Source: Caecitellus pseudoparvulus (lineage: Eukaryota; Protista; Bigyra: Bicosoecida). From it: a DNA stretch of 64,000 nt. The stretch is taken from contig CBFFRQ010000006.1 of the NCBI GenBank assembly GCA_965644315.1, positions 117,535 through 181,534 of the forward strand, written 5' to 3'. The notes beneath the pieces are model-generated. The model ran no database searches, was not told the DNA's origin, and saw nothing but the letters and a program-made list of their open reading frames with translations. A program made the position numbers and the translations under genes. Below are positions 1 through 12,100 of the stretch, piece by piece. Within the stretch, counting starts at the first letter, position 1. Each line of letters begins with the position of its first letter.

Positions 1-799
1 TGACGATGGGCGCGCCCAGTGACAGTGAGACGACTGTGCTGTCGAACACCTTGGGGTTGTCTAGGTGCCCCGCGATGCCTTGCCCAGGGGCATACGCATT
101 CACGGTGCACTGGTCCAGAGGGTGCGGAATGAGGCCTGTGGCCCGCAGGCGCTGTGCAAGTGAAGTGATGAAGGGGGGGATGGGTGTGGGCGTCGCTGTC
201 CAGTCCACTGCGCGGCGTGCGTAGTCGAAGCAGTAGCCGTAGTGCACGACCCGCCGGGCGAGGTTCCCCGAGTCACCTGCCCGCTCGGCAGAAATGCACT
301 GCAGCAGCTGGTCATGCTCTTCGGCAGAGATGAAGTCGTACAGCATGTGCATGCCCTGGATGGGTGGGTGCTGCTTGGACGGTACGTTGGGAGGGCGTGG
401 GCAGCGCTTGCCGCCGACCGCATCAGCTGGCATGGCTTCTGCGTTGAGAAAACGCCCCGCCTGCCCCGCTATGGGCGAGCGGTGCAATCGCACGGCCATG
501 TCCTCTGCAGCCGACTCTTCCCCAGTGTACAGGATGAGCTCCCCACGGTGGGGCCTGAAGTGCAGGCGGGTCACATGTGGGGCGCTGTCACCAGTGGCAG
601 CCAGGACCGAGGTGAGAAAGGGCGCGACTGCCTCATGGTCCCCCGCACCTTCGGAGCTGCAGGAAGCCACCAGTTCCCTGCATGCTTCGCCTGTCACCTC
701 CATGCCAGAGAGCCCCTTCGTCAGCTTCTTTTGCCACGCCACTCGCACAGCATGCTCGGGTGATGCGTGCGGAAATTGCCCCGCTGAATCGGCTGCCAT
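1..799 (-). CDS. ALKBH8: ALKBH8-like Fe(II)/2-oxoglutarate dioxygenase, 3' end runs off the window (absent from the ORF track)
   Basis: Manual minus-strand translation from the ATG at 799 stays open to base 1: ...GMHMLYDFISAEEHDQLL...RRVVHYGYCFDY...DQCTVNAYAPGQGIAGHLDNPKVFDSTVVSLSLG. This matches the ALKBH8-type AlkB domain, with the HxD metal motif (HLD) at 59-67. An upstream exon is possible because a pyrimidine-rich ...CGCAG lies just 5' of the ATG. Confidence 0.75.
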   Translation of the reverse strand, partial: MAADSAGQFPHASPEHAVRVAWQKKLTKGLSGMEVTGEACRELVASCSSEGAGDHEAVAPFLTSVLAATGDSAPHVTRLHFRPHRGELILYTGEESAAEDMAVRLHRSPIAGQAGRFLNAEAMPADAVGGKRCPRPPNVPSKQHPPIQGMHMLYDFISAEEHDQLLQCISAERAGDSGNLARRVVHYGYCFDYARRAVDWTATPTPIPPFITSLAQRLRATGLIPHPLDQCTVNAYAPGQGIAGHLDNPKVFDSTVVSLSLGAPIV

Positions 800-1236
800 T
801 CTGCCCTGCGTGGGAGTGGGGAGTGAGAAAAGGCTGCAGCCACGTGGAGCAGAGAAAGGGGACACTATTCTTGCTTGGCTCCCCCGCACTTCACGGCGCT
901 GGCACCTCATTGGCCGGTGCCGGGCTTGGCAGCTTGAGGATTGTGTGCCAAAGTCTGGTTTTGGTTCACGGCTGCGGTTCGCGGTGGCAGATGCAGGGTG
1001 CATTGCCACCCGCCCTTCGACACTTCCCAATTCGGCTGCTGACTCTTCCACGTCCAAGTGCTTCAACCCCACCCCCCATCTCCTCTGCTCTCCAGTGCCG
1101 TGGCTGCTTGGTGTCTAGCGGCGTTTCGTCGGAGTGTGGAGCGGCAACACGCCGGCCAGCGACCAAAAGCGTTGACTGTGCTTTGCGGCTGCAGAAGGTC
1201 CTGTGGCGCATCTTATCGTAGGAAGAATTGTGTGCC

Positions 1237-2901
1237 ATGGCTCGTCCCTTCGACCTCGTACTATTCGGTGCAACAGGGTTTACAGGTGCGTAGAGCTGCT
1301 TTGTCGACATCGCTGCCGTGTGCGCAGAGTAGCCCCCTCCCGCTGCACACAGGCCGGCTCGTGGCAAAGCAACTGTTGAAACACGGAGGCAAGCTCAAGG
1401 TAGGCTTCGCTGGCCGCAATGGGGCCAAGCTTGCCGCAGTGCTGGTGAGTGGGGGAGGGGCTTGGGGTCACGCGTGGGCGTCGAAATCCGCATTTGGCAG
1501 CTGCCCGTGCTTCAGGCACATGCGACGAGCGCACTGCCACACGGCGCTGTTTTCACGCAGGGCGAGCTTCCAGGAGGCAAGAAGGCGTCGGTGGTGCAGG
1601 CAGACGTGACTGACTCCGCATCTATCGAGGCCATGGTGCGGTCAACGCGGGTGCTCATCACGACGGTGGGCCCCTTTGACAAGTACGGCGAGTGTGTGGT
1701 GAAGGCGTGTGCTGAGGCAGGGACTGACTACGCTGACATCACAGGGGAGACCTGGTGGGTGGAGTGCATGCAGGCCAAGTACGCAGAGGCTGCGTCCAGC
1801 TCTGGCGCAGTGCTCGTGCCCATGTGCGGGGTTGACTCCGTTCCCTCTGACGTCACCGCCATGCTGGCAGCCCGACACGCCACACAGCAGTTGGGCACAG
1901 GCGTGTCAGTGGGCCACGCATACTTTACTGGCATGGGGGGCGTCTCAGGCGGCACCATTCACAGTCTCTTGGGCGCTCTTGAGGCGCCAGACAAGGGCAA
2001 GCTTGCCGCGCACCCGTGGGTGTGTGCGCGCATGGACCTGCCTGCACCCGCATCTTGTGCCCCCACCACCGGCATCGGGGGGGGTGCGCGCCCCCCTGCC
2101 CGCACCGCTGCCACGCCCCCCGTTCGCGCCTCCCCCGCCTCGTTCCTGGCCCCCATGACGGAGATGCAGAGTGTCGCTGCAGACTTCCCCCTCTTCCCGG
2201 TCTGGGATGCCGAGGCTGGCGTGTACAAGGCCCCCTTCATCATGGCGCCTGTGAACACACGGGTGGTGCGGCGCTCTGCCGTGCTGCACGGCATGGCTGG
2301 CATTCCCTACAGCGTCGCCGTCACCCCCTCCTCCCCCCAAGCCCAGCCGTACCTGTACACAGAGCACATGCCTTGTGCCAACTGGTTCCTCGCCCTGGGC
2401 ATGTGCTGGTTGACGGCACTGGGCGGCCTGCTGCTGGCCTTCCCGCTCACCCGCTCTCTCCTCCTGCCCTTCCTCGCCTCACCTGGTCAGGGCCCATCCC
2501 CCAGCACCTTGCAGTCGGGCTGGCACCGTGTGGTGCATGTGGCCACTCCGACTGACCCAGACCAACAGGACCAGCGCATCGTGGCAGCCATTCAAGGCGG
2601 TGAGCCTGGGTACACCGCCACCAGCGCCATGCTGGCCACCTGTGGCATCCTGCTGGCGACACAGCGAGACACGCTGCCTGCAACCCTCGTGCATGGGGGT
2701 GGGTTTCTGACGCCAGCTGCCGCCTTCGGCGTGGCCCTGCCTAAGGCACTGGCACAGCGGGGGGATTTCGGCGTCTACGTGGACACAGTGCCACGGTCCG
2801 AGCTGCAGGCCAAGCTTGCTCCCCTACTCAGCTCAACCAAGCAGGCGCCAGGCGCAGAGCTGGTTGAGCCAGGCGTTGCCCGCGGGCAGGTCGAGTGGTG
2901 A
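1237..2901 (+). CDS. SCCPDH: Saccharopine dehydrogenase-like oxidoreductase (SCCPDH family), 3 exons: 1237-1285, 1353-1444, 1561-2901; ~493 aa
   Basis: Spliced N-terminus MARPFDLVLFGATGFTGRLVAKQL...FAGRNGAKL (Rossmann motif). Also TTVGPFDKYGECVVKACAEAGTDYADITGE, CGVDSVPSD, GVSGGT, FIMAPVNTRVVRRS, GEPGYTAT and GGFLTPAAAFG. Introns GTGCGT..CAG and GTGAGT..CAG restore the frame. Confidence 0.88.
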
Positions 2902-3156
2902 TGCGAGCACGACTCTCGTGCAAAATGTAATGCCAGTGGGCGCCGAATGTGCCTGGTTGCCGTGCGTGCTTGCAGTCGCTGGGCCGCATTGCATAGCCTG
3001 TGCCGCAGCGCTGGCCAAGTTGGCAAGGCCCGTTGGAAGGCCAGCCACCACGCCGACGCCACTGCGGGGGCCTTTTTCTCAAAGCCGCGGGCAAGGTCAT
3101 CCCACAGGCATCCAAGAATTCCCACACCCCAGTGTCCCACCAGCTTTGCACATTTT

Positions 3157-6100
3157 ATGGCGGGCCAGGCAGACGACGCGCTGCTCTCTGTGCGCACGGC
3201 GCTGCGGCATTTGAGCGAGGCCCAGGATGCCGCACAGAGCGAGGCCGCAGCAGAAGACTTGCTTGCCACGCTGAAAGTGCACTTGGCAGAGGAAGAATCG
3301 TTTGGTGCGCATATGGCTGCTTGCTTGTGCTTTTGAGCTCGCGGCGGCGCTTTCAAGGTCTTGTTCCCTTTCTCGAGCCGTTGCAGACCAAGTGCTGGCT
3401 CTGGTTCTGTCACCGGGAGCTGACAAGGGCTCCAGCAGTGTGCTGGAAGCCCTGCGCGCTGCCCAGGCACCGCATCTTGAGGCATCGTATGCAGCATGCC
3501 GGGGCCTCTTGTACTCAGCCCTGGAGAAGCTGATGGTAGCGGACGCAGCATTCAGCCCGTGGGCTGATGACGTCGCCGCGGTGGTGCTGCGGGGCGCCAT
3601 GCACGAGGAGAGCAGCAAACTGCGGGAAACAGCCTGCTCCCTCCTTCGCAACATCCTCACGCGCTTCCCAACCAGCCAAGTTGCAGTGGGGGAGGAGGCA
3701 TACTCTGCGCTGTGGGCCCAGCTGCGAGACGGGCGATTTGCCAGTGCCCAAGGCCAGGCAGGGGAGGTGCTTGCGCTGCTGGGGGTCATTGTGCTGCGAC
3801 AGGGGGACTGCACGACTGCAGGTGATGCAAAAGTGCTGTTGGCTCACTGCATCCACGCTTTGCAGCGCGAAATGGGCACCTCTTCAGGCGCTGCATCGGC
3901 ATTCTCCACCACCCATGCCGGGCCACGCATGCAGGTCATTTGGGGAGCGTTTCACGCCACCACGTCCCTTCTCACTGCTCACCCGAGCCTAGTGTGTAAG
4001 ACCACCGATGCAGGGGCTGCTGCTGCACAGAGTGTGTACACCCTTGCCTTCCAGCAGGGCACGACGCTGCCAGAGCACGTGAAGCGCTTCTCTGCATTGG
4101 AAGCCGCTGTCGAGCTTGTGAGGCGGCATGCGCGCCTCTTTAAGCACCTCTTGTGCTCCACAGACGGTCCACGATGCTGGGTGCGTCTGCTGCGGCTGGT
4201 GCACACGAAGCACAAGTATTTGGCGGCGGGGGCGCAGACGGCGGCTATGGCTGTCACAGAGGCCATCGCTGATGCAAGTACAGCGCAGACTGAGGGCGAC
4301 AGGCCACCACAAAGTGTCATTTCTGAAGTGTACAGGGCTTTATGTGCCAACCTGCTCTTGATGGTGCAGGGTCAGCCTGCCATTGCGCCAGGCGACGAAG
4401 GTTCCACAGTGCCAGCTGACTCGTGGCTGTACAAGCCCAGTGCTGACTTGAACTTGGCCCTGCACGGCATCGGCGCGCTGGCTCCACTCGTGGTCAGCAT
4501 CGATGGCCCGGATGCTGCTGCATCCTTGGTGCCTGTGCTGCTCAAGGCAGCTGCTGGTGTGGGTGGTGAGTCAAGCAAGCCACGCCACGGCAGCACCAGG
4601 CACGGAATGGCAAGGACGCCCCACGTGAGCACAGCATGTGCTGCGCTACACGCGGCAGCTTGCCTCTTGTTCACCCTTCCAGAAAGGCACGTTGCAGCTG
4701 GTGTGTGGACGGAGGTCAGCACCTGTCTCCACAAGCTGACAGTGTTGTTCCCGACGCTGTTTTCTGTTGGACGCTCGCCGCGGCATGCGGTGGTGCAGGC
4801 GATCCTCATGAGCTTCCTTGCAGCCCGTGAGCATAGCGACGCACTGCTGTCTCTCTCTAAGGCATGGACGTCTAGTGTGCTTGCCGTGGCCAGCCATCCC
4901 GGCCACTTCGCCGCCGAGCTGAGCCGCTGCACTGGGCAAAGCACAGCTGCGGCGCCAACCTTCTCACACCCCGTGACAGGGGAGCCTGAGACATCCCCAG
5001 CGTTCGAGTACGGTGTGCTCATCGCTGAAGTGGTGCATCCTTCTGCCTCCGGCAGCCTAGGCATTCTGAAAGCCACCTTGCGCAGGCTCGGGTGCCAGAG
5101 TACCTCTCAGGCAATGAAGGCTGTAGCCAAGACGGTCAGTGTGGCACTGTGCAGGGAGCTGCATGTGACACTGGCGGCGGTCAACCTCGGCGTGACTGTT
5201 GCTGAGGCACAGCAGGGGGCAGATCCAGATGCCGTGGAGGTGCTCCTTGCATCTGTCCGCACAAGTGGAATGGATGCTGCACTGCCGAAAACAGAAAGTG
5301 GAGCTGCTTCCAGCCACACAATTGTGCCTCTGAAACCAACAGACATGATTACCTTTGTTGGGCTTGCAGATTGCTTCTGCACGTTCCTTCCTATGGTGCC
5401 TGGCGCTCTGTGGGCTTCCGTCGCCACCGACCTCCTCAGCGTGGCTTGCCGCCAAGCCAGGCGCTTTCCCCACGTGGGTGGACTGTACACGCTGGTGTCC
5501 GCAATCGTGGCGACAAGCCACCAAGGGGGGGCATTTCAAGGCATGGCAGCGTCCGCTGCGTCTCAGGTTAGAAGTGCTTGCCGCGCAGTGGCCCAGCTCG
5601 CATCCGCCACAGCAGTGGCGTGCGCCTACCATGCCCCTTCACTTCAAGTGGCATCGGTTGGGTTCCTGCTTCGGCTTCCCCAGCCAGTGTTCGAAATTGC
5701 CGGGTCAGGCGCAGATAGCATTGCATCCATCAGGCTGTCGGCTTGCCTGGCAGCATTGCGGTTGGGGTTGTCAGCTGCAGGCCTCATGGGCCAAGCCGTC
5801 GCTTCCCTGCAGCGCTGGCAAGCTACAGACCCAGCGTCGTTATCTGCGCACCTGCCTGAGCTACTTCCGTTGTTGAAGCCGCTTGTTCTCAGCGAAGGGC
5901 AAGCAGGCCCCGGCATGGATGTGGCAGCCGTAGGTGATTCTACTTCACGTGGGCTCTCGTCTGGAGTGCAGCGAGCTCGCCGAACGGCAGCTGGGGCGCA
6001 GCTCGCGCAGCAATTTGACAAGCTGAAGGCTTCAATGGAGGATTCGTTGGTAAAGGCTTTTGGTCAGGGCATTTTGCTGGGTGGGGGATTGGCGGAACAC

Positions 6101-9100
6101 AAAGCTCTCTTCCCGCGAGAAACCGACGCAGTGCTGGATGCCAGCAGTGCAGCGGCAGGGCTGGCTCACTTTACTGGACAAGACTCCACAAGCACAGCAG
6201 AGGCAACCCTGCAAGAGTTGAGGGTGTGCGTCTTTCACTTTCTTGGAATGCTGGGCTCTAGCGCAGGACTACTGGAGGGGGAGCTTCAAGCGGCAGCGGC
6301 AGATGCTGCGGCTTGGGGGGACTGCGCTGACCCAAGCAGCTCTCAAGCGCTAGAGTTCACTGTGAACTTGGGATCCGAAGAGCTTCGCCTGCCCTTGGCG
6401 AGGCTGTTTCCCCAGGCTGTGGCGGCTGCGCAAGGGGCGCCCACACGCTCTGCTCGGGTTGCAGCGCTGGAGCTCGTTCACGCGATGTTTCTGTCCATGC
6501 TGGGGCAGATGGCACATCACTCTGGCTCAATGGCCTTTCCTGATACATGGACACGCACACTTTCTCGCGTGACGTCTCATGTGGTAGAATTCGCAGCCTC
6601 AGGGGAGCGCGTGGCTTGCCAGCTCTTTGAGCCGCTCCTGCAGCAGCAGGCAGCATTTCTTGCCCATGCATGGGGCAAAGAGACCCGGTGGAGGTCAGCT
6701 GGGAAGGACTTTCTGGACCTGCTTCTAGGCTTGTCCAAGGCGAAGGACCCGCGGGTCCAGCAGGTCGTGGCTGCCGCAATGGCGCAGGCGGTCAGGTGGG
6801 GCATCAAGTCGACGACTGAACAGGCGCTGGAGCAGGGCCTGTCTGGCAGGCAGTCGGGGTCCACACCCTTTGCCTTGGCTGCTGTGCAATGCCTCGTCGC
6901 AGCGGCAGAGCACCCCCTGCCACAGTGCAGATTGGTAGGGGCAAATGCTTTTGCACAGTGCTACTGCGTGTTTGGCAAGGAAATCCCCCTCGCACTGAAG
7001 TTCTCCGTACCCCTGGCGCGGTCGTTCCTTGCAGCGTGCATTGCTGAGCCCCGACATACCACTGCAATAGCATCCGACGAGGTCCACGCTGCTGTGTCGA
7101 CTGCCCTGTCACGACTGAAGCGAATCCTGGTTGAGTATGCGCCATCCTTGCAGGAGGAATCGACGGAGCTGCTTGAGTTCTGCTGCCAACTTCTGAGCCA
7201 CGAACAGTCAGCTGTGCGAACGCAGGCTATCCGCATGCTAGATGCACTTGAACCGGAGGTGCACAGAAAGCCAGCTCTTTTCCAAACTGCGGGTCGTTCA
7301 ACGCCGCGGGGTGAAGCCAGCTGCAGAGTGTTTGTGGAAGCATTCGAGCGGGGCGCCTTTGCTGGCCCCTTTGCTTTGAAGTGTTTGAGCTGGGCACCAG
7401 CCGTGTCATCGGAGTTCCAGTTGGGTATTTTCCGTGCTGAATCCAAGGCATGGCCCGTCTCCGATTTGCGCAGTCTTGTCACGGCAGCGTCCAGCGCTTT
7501 GCACTGCTTCGCGCTGGCTCTGCGGCGAAAATGGCTCACAGTGCATGAGATCCTGGACCTGGCCACGCGCGTCGAAGAGGGAGGAGCTGCTGCGAGCAGT
7601 CCTTCCCGCACTACTTCGAGGCTGCTCCCAGTGATCTCGTCACTCCTACACGTCCAAGCCCCTTCGCGCTGCTCACAACCAGGCAGTCCTGAGTCTTCCC
7701 AGCGACTTGTTGCCAGGCTGTACTTTTACATTTGCCAGCTCCTGCAGGAGGCCCTACAAGGTCCCGATCATAGCACGCTGTTTGTCGCCCAGGAGCTGGA
7801 AAGTTGCGGTTTCCTCTCGGCAGCCCTCGTGCGGGACTTGCTCCTTGTGGCGGCGATGCCTGAGGTCGTGGGTGCGGATTGCCTGGACCCGCTGGCCAGG
7901 AAACGCATGCCAGGCGAGGTTCGCTGTGTGCTGGAACTTCTAAGCAGTGCTGGAATGTCTAGCCTGTTGTCTCAGGGACTACACCAAGCCAGTTCTTTGG
8001 CTGCTGCACACTTTGCACAGGAGCTGCCTTCAAGCATGTGCATGGCGCCTGTTCTTGAGGTCTACTTTGACGCTGGTTTAGGCGATCTCGTCAAGGATCA
8101 GGCGCCCTTACTTCTCAGCGGGGCAGGGTCTGCAGAGGCCGCCTTGCTTGCAGCTTGTGTGCAGTACATTACAAGTCAGACCGAGCCCCGCCAGGGCCCG
8201 GCCCACTCTGCCCTGAAGTGCAGTCTGCTCTTGGGCTGCCCACTGATCGACGAGGGGACTCCTGAAGGCTCGTGCTCTTCTTTATTGGGGGCATTGCTGA
8301 GCACCAGCCCAGCAGGGGTGGGTGAAGTTGGTGCTTGTACAAGGGGGGGTCTCATGCGGGCATTTGCCGCTGACTCGCGCGAGTGCTACTCTGCCTTGTG
8401 CTCGGAGAAGCACCTCCCAAGCGTGACCGCTGCGCTGCGAGCTGTGTACTCGGCAGGTTGGCGCACAGAAAGTATGCTAGCACTATCCAGCATTGCCGTG
8501 CTGCGCGGCATGCTTGCTTTTGCGCAGGATGTGTATGCACCGCAATCACCAGCTGCAGCGGCAGGTGCCCAGGGAGCCCTCGCCGCGGCAGAGGACATTG
8601 CTCTGGCATGTTTCAAAGTGTTGGGGCCTGCGATTGAGGGTTTGTCCACTGGAGCTATGGTTGATGGAGGACTTGAGCGTGGGAGGGAGGTGATTGGGTT
8701 GCTTTCCAGCGCTCTGCGCCTTGCTCCCCGCGTCCTTGCGGAGCCAGGGATGGAACAGGCTGGGGACTTTCCCCTTCTGGGCTTTGAAAACTTCATGGGG
8801 TCTGTCTTAAGCCACTCGAGTTTTCCATGCAGCTTGAAGAGCCTGTTTGTGCAAGAACTAGGCCAGTACTTGTTGCCAGGCTACGCAGCATGCAGCCCGC
8901 TCCACGTCCGACCAGAGCACCTCGAAGCTGCGTCAGCTGTACCTGCAGACCGAGACTTGCCGATGCTACCACTGGCGACGGTGGAGGGTCTCTCAGCTAT
9001 CCCAAGGAAGTTCTTCGATTTGCTTGGTGACGCCTTGCACCAACACTTGCCTGTTGACCACAGAGTATTGGCTGGAACGGCGAGCGAAAGTGCCGAGGTA

Positions 9101-12100
9101 GCTGACGCGACAGAGCTGGCCGTGAGATTCTTGGAGCTCTTTGCTTTTAATGGGGCGTTGTCACTGCTTCCGCTGCTATGCAGCATGTTTCTGCGGCAAG
9201 CGCCTTCGAGCCCTCTGTCAGCAACTCTCGACGACTGCCTGCATACAGCTGCTGCAAACCTTCCCACGTCAGGGCCCATGGCTGACCATGTGCTCTCTTG
9301 CCTCTGTCGGGTGTGCCTCGTCGGCCTGACCGACCCCTTTGAAGGCAGCGATGTAGCAGGCACTGGTCACGCAGACTTGCTGGATCCAGTGGTCTTGGAC
9401 AGGTACTACTCGGCCTCTCCAGGCAGCGCAGCTTGGGTCGCGCAGCCACATGTACGAGTGGCGGTTTGCCAGCGCCTGCTCGTGCCCTTTTTGCAGCGCA
9501 TGGCGCAGAGCAGGCAAACGGCAGCGCAGGCGTTCACTTCCACGGAGGTTATGGTGAACGTGGGTATGGTGCCGCCACGCCAAGCATTGCAAGGCTGGCC
9601 TGGGACTGCCAGCTCACGGTTGACACGTGCAGCCCTGCGTGCTTCTGTGGAAGAGGGGCAGCCGCTGTTCCACGATGGTAGCACGGCCTCAGGAAACTGG
9701 TGCCTGCTTTCGTTCCTGTACCGCATCATCACGTCTACAAGACTGCCGGAGGGAGCCAGGATCGCACTGGATGCGTTGCTGCGAGGGGAAAGCAGCCAAG
9801 GGACTGCCGTGCACCTGGCAGAGTATGTTGCGAGTGCGACTGTCGCGTGGAACCTTGTTGGGGTTCTGTACGAGGGCCCTGCGAGGTGGAAAGGTGCTCG
9901 TCAGATGTGGGCACGTGCCCTCGGGCAGTCCGGCAAAGATGAGACTTTCTTGTTGACGCTCGTGATCAAGATTGCCTGCAATCAGTGGCTAGCGGGGCAT
10001 GAGCTTGCCTTGGACATGTCTGCCAGAGGCCAACAGCCCCTGCCTCGCGAGGCTTCAGATGCTGCGCGCTTCAGCACCCTGTACTCCCTGCGCACTCACT
10101 TGTTCCGAGCGGTGTACTCTGCCCTCATCATTGCACTGCACCGCACCCAAGACAAAAGCAAGTTCTTTCACAAGCGCCTCTTCAGCCCGGCCCAGGGTGC
10201 AACTCCTGGCTGGCTGTGGGAGTGCGTTGCCGATGGGGCATGGGCAGCAGGCCAGGACGGTGGCGAAGCGCTGCTGTCAGTTAAAGGAGACCCTGGGGTA
10301 TGGGACGCTGCACATGCCCCCTTGAAGGCCGACGTTTCAGTGTCTCACGAGTGGGTGGTGGTGCCCTCTGACGCCTGGTTGCCTTGCATGCCTTGGGTTG
10401 AGCCAGAGTCTGGGCAACGGCCTGACCACCTGTCACGCAGGCTATGGAGAGGCTTTCGCCTTCTCGAAGAGTTACGTAATTCTCAGCTACAGATAGGAGG
10501 CACGGCACGCCAGCTGGGCTCCAACATGTTTGGCGCCCCAGCGTGGATGGGCCGCTCGCAGCAAGCCGACTCGCCTGTCCCAAGCTCACCCAGCATGACA
10601 ACGAGCGGTGCAGGGGGCAGCAGCCCACAGGCTGGCGAGGAAGATGTTACCCTCTCCCTTCAAGATCACGTGGATGAACTTGCGGAGGATCTCTCCCGCT
10701 CCACGGCACAGGGCTTGCGTTGGGAGCTGAGCAGCCATGGCGTGAACCCTGTCCTGCTGCTCATGGTGCGCGTGCTGGATTGGATGACTGACTCCTTCGC
10801 CCTCGAAGAAAGGTGGGTGCCCATCTTCGAGACAGATGCCACTCCCCCTGAACGCGCCTACGCCAACGGCTACCTGGAGGGCAACGTCGCTGATCCTGAG
10901 GGCGCGTCGGATGAAGAAGCGCGCAAGCAAGCGAAGGGTCGCCTCACACGGGTTTTGCCCGCCGAGTCCCGGCAAATGCCTGCCTTTATGGAGCGTTTGC
11001 ACGCAGCCATCGCCTCCACAAGTCTGTCGCTGCGAGGGAGGCTGGCGGCAGCACAGTTGCTGGTCTTGAGGCCACTCCTTTTCGCCCCGTGGGCGCAGCA
11101 GTGGACCAAGCCGCTTCTTAGGCTGCTGCGAGACCTGTGCGCATTGCCGGTGAGCACTGGCATGGTGCCTTTCAATGTGCATGTGCATGATCTGGCAGAG
11201 CTGTTTGTCAAGTGGGACGCCGGGAGGCCCGCCGATGCGGAGGATGTGGCCGCCGCGCAGGCCGTACTGCAGAGTCTCATCACTGCGACACCACAGCGAG
11301 TGGCTTTGTTGTGGCAGCGCAAGTTGCACGTTGTGAAACAGCTCATCGGAATCTGGACTTCCCCTGTGCACCCGGCGGCCGCGCAGGTGTCGCATGTCGC
11401 GGGGTTGCCGCTTTGGCAGCATGTGAGGATTCGCAAGACTGACGTCTTCGATGCTTTCCAAGAGCGCGACGGGAAGAGCAGTGGGTACTTGAGCTTTGCG
11501 GACCGCACGCTGGCAACCCAGATGGCAGTGCTCGCTTGCCTTGTGCGCTGGAGAGTGCCTGTCTTCGACCCAACCTTTGACGCACGTCCAGACTTGAATA
11601 TGTGGGCTGTGTCCGACATGGCATCAGCTCTGACAGCGACACTGCGTGCTAGGGACCGAATGGCCCGGGAGGTTTACATGCGTACCGCAGAGCTCATCGG
11701 CTTGATGGCTGCCCAGATTCACTTTCAGCCCCCGGCTCCCAGCGTTTCCTGGTCGGAGCTCTACCCACAAGATAGCTTCGCCAAGGTGCAGCGCAGCGTC
11801 ACCGAGACGCTGGTGGCCCTGCACAACAAGCCACCCAAGCGAGACAGGGGATTTCGCACCCGTTTTATTGAGTGTGCTCGAATGCTGGGGCAGCACTGCC
11901 CGCAGCTGATTGATTCTGTCAGAGTTAGCCAAGCACTGGCTGTGCTGGGTCACGTAGAGCCGTGGCAGCGGGCACGGCAGGGTCGCTGCATCATGGACAT
12001 CTTTGCATCGTATCTGAAAACAGACTGCTCGGTTCAAGACGCCCTCGTTCTCTTGCGGGGGCACCTGGGTGTCCTCTTTCGACCGTCCACCAACGCCAGT

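Noticed and set aside
242-1221. Plus-strand ORFs of 173-274 aa
   Set aside because: Antisense shadows of the minus-strand AlkB gene and its upstream region; no recognisable motifs.
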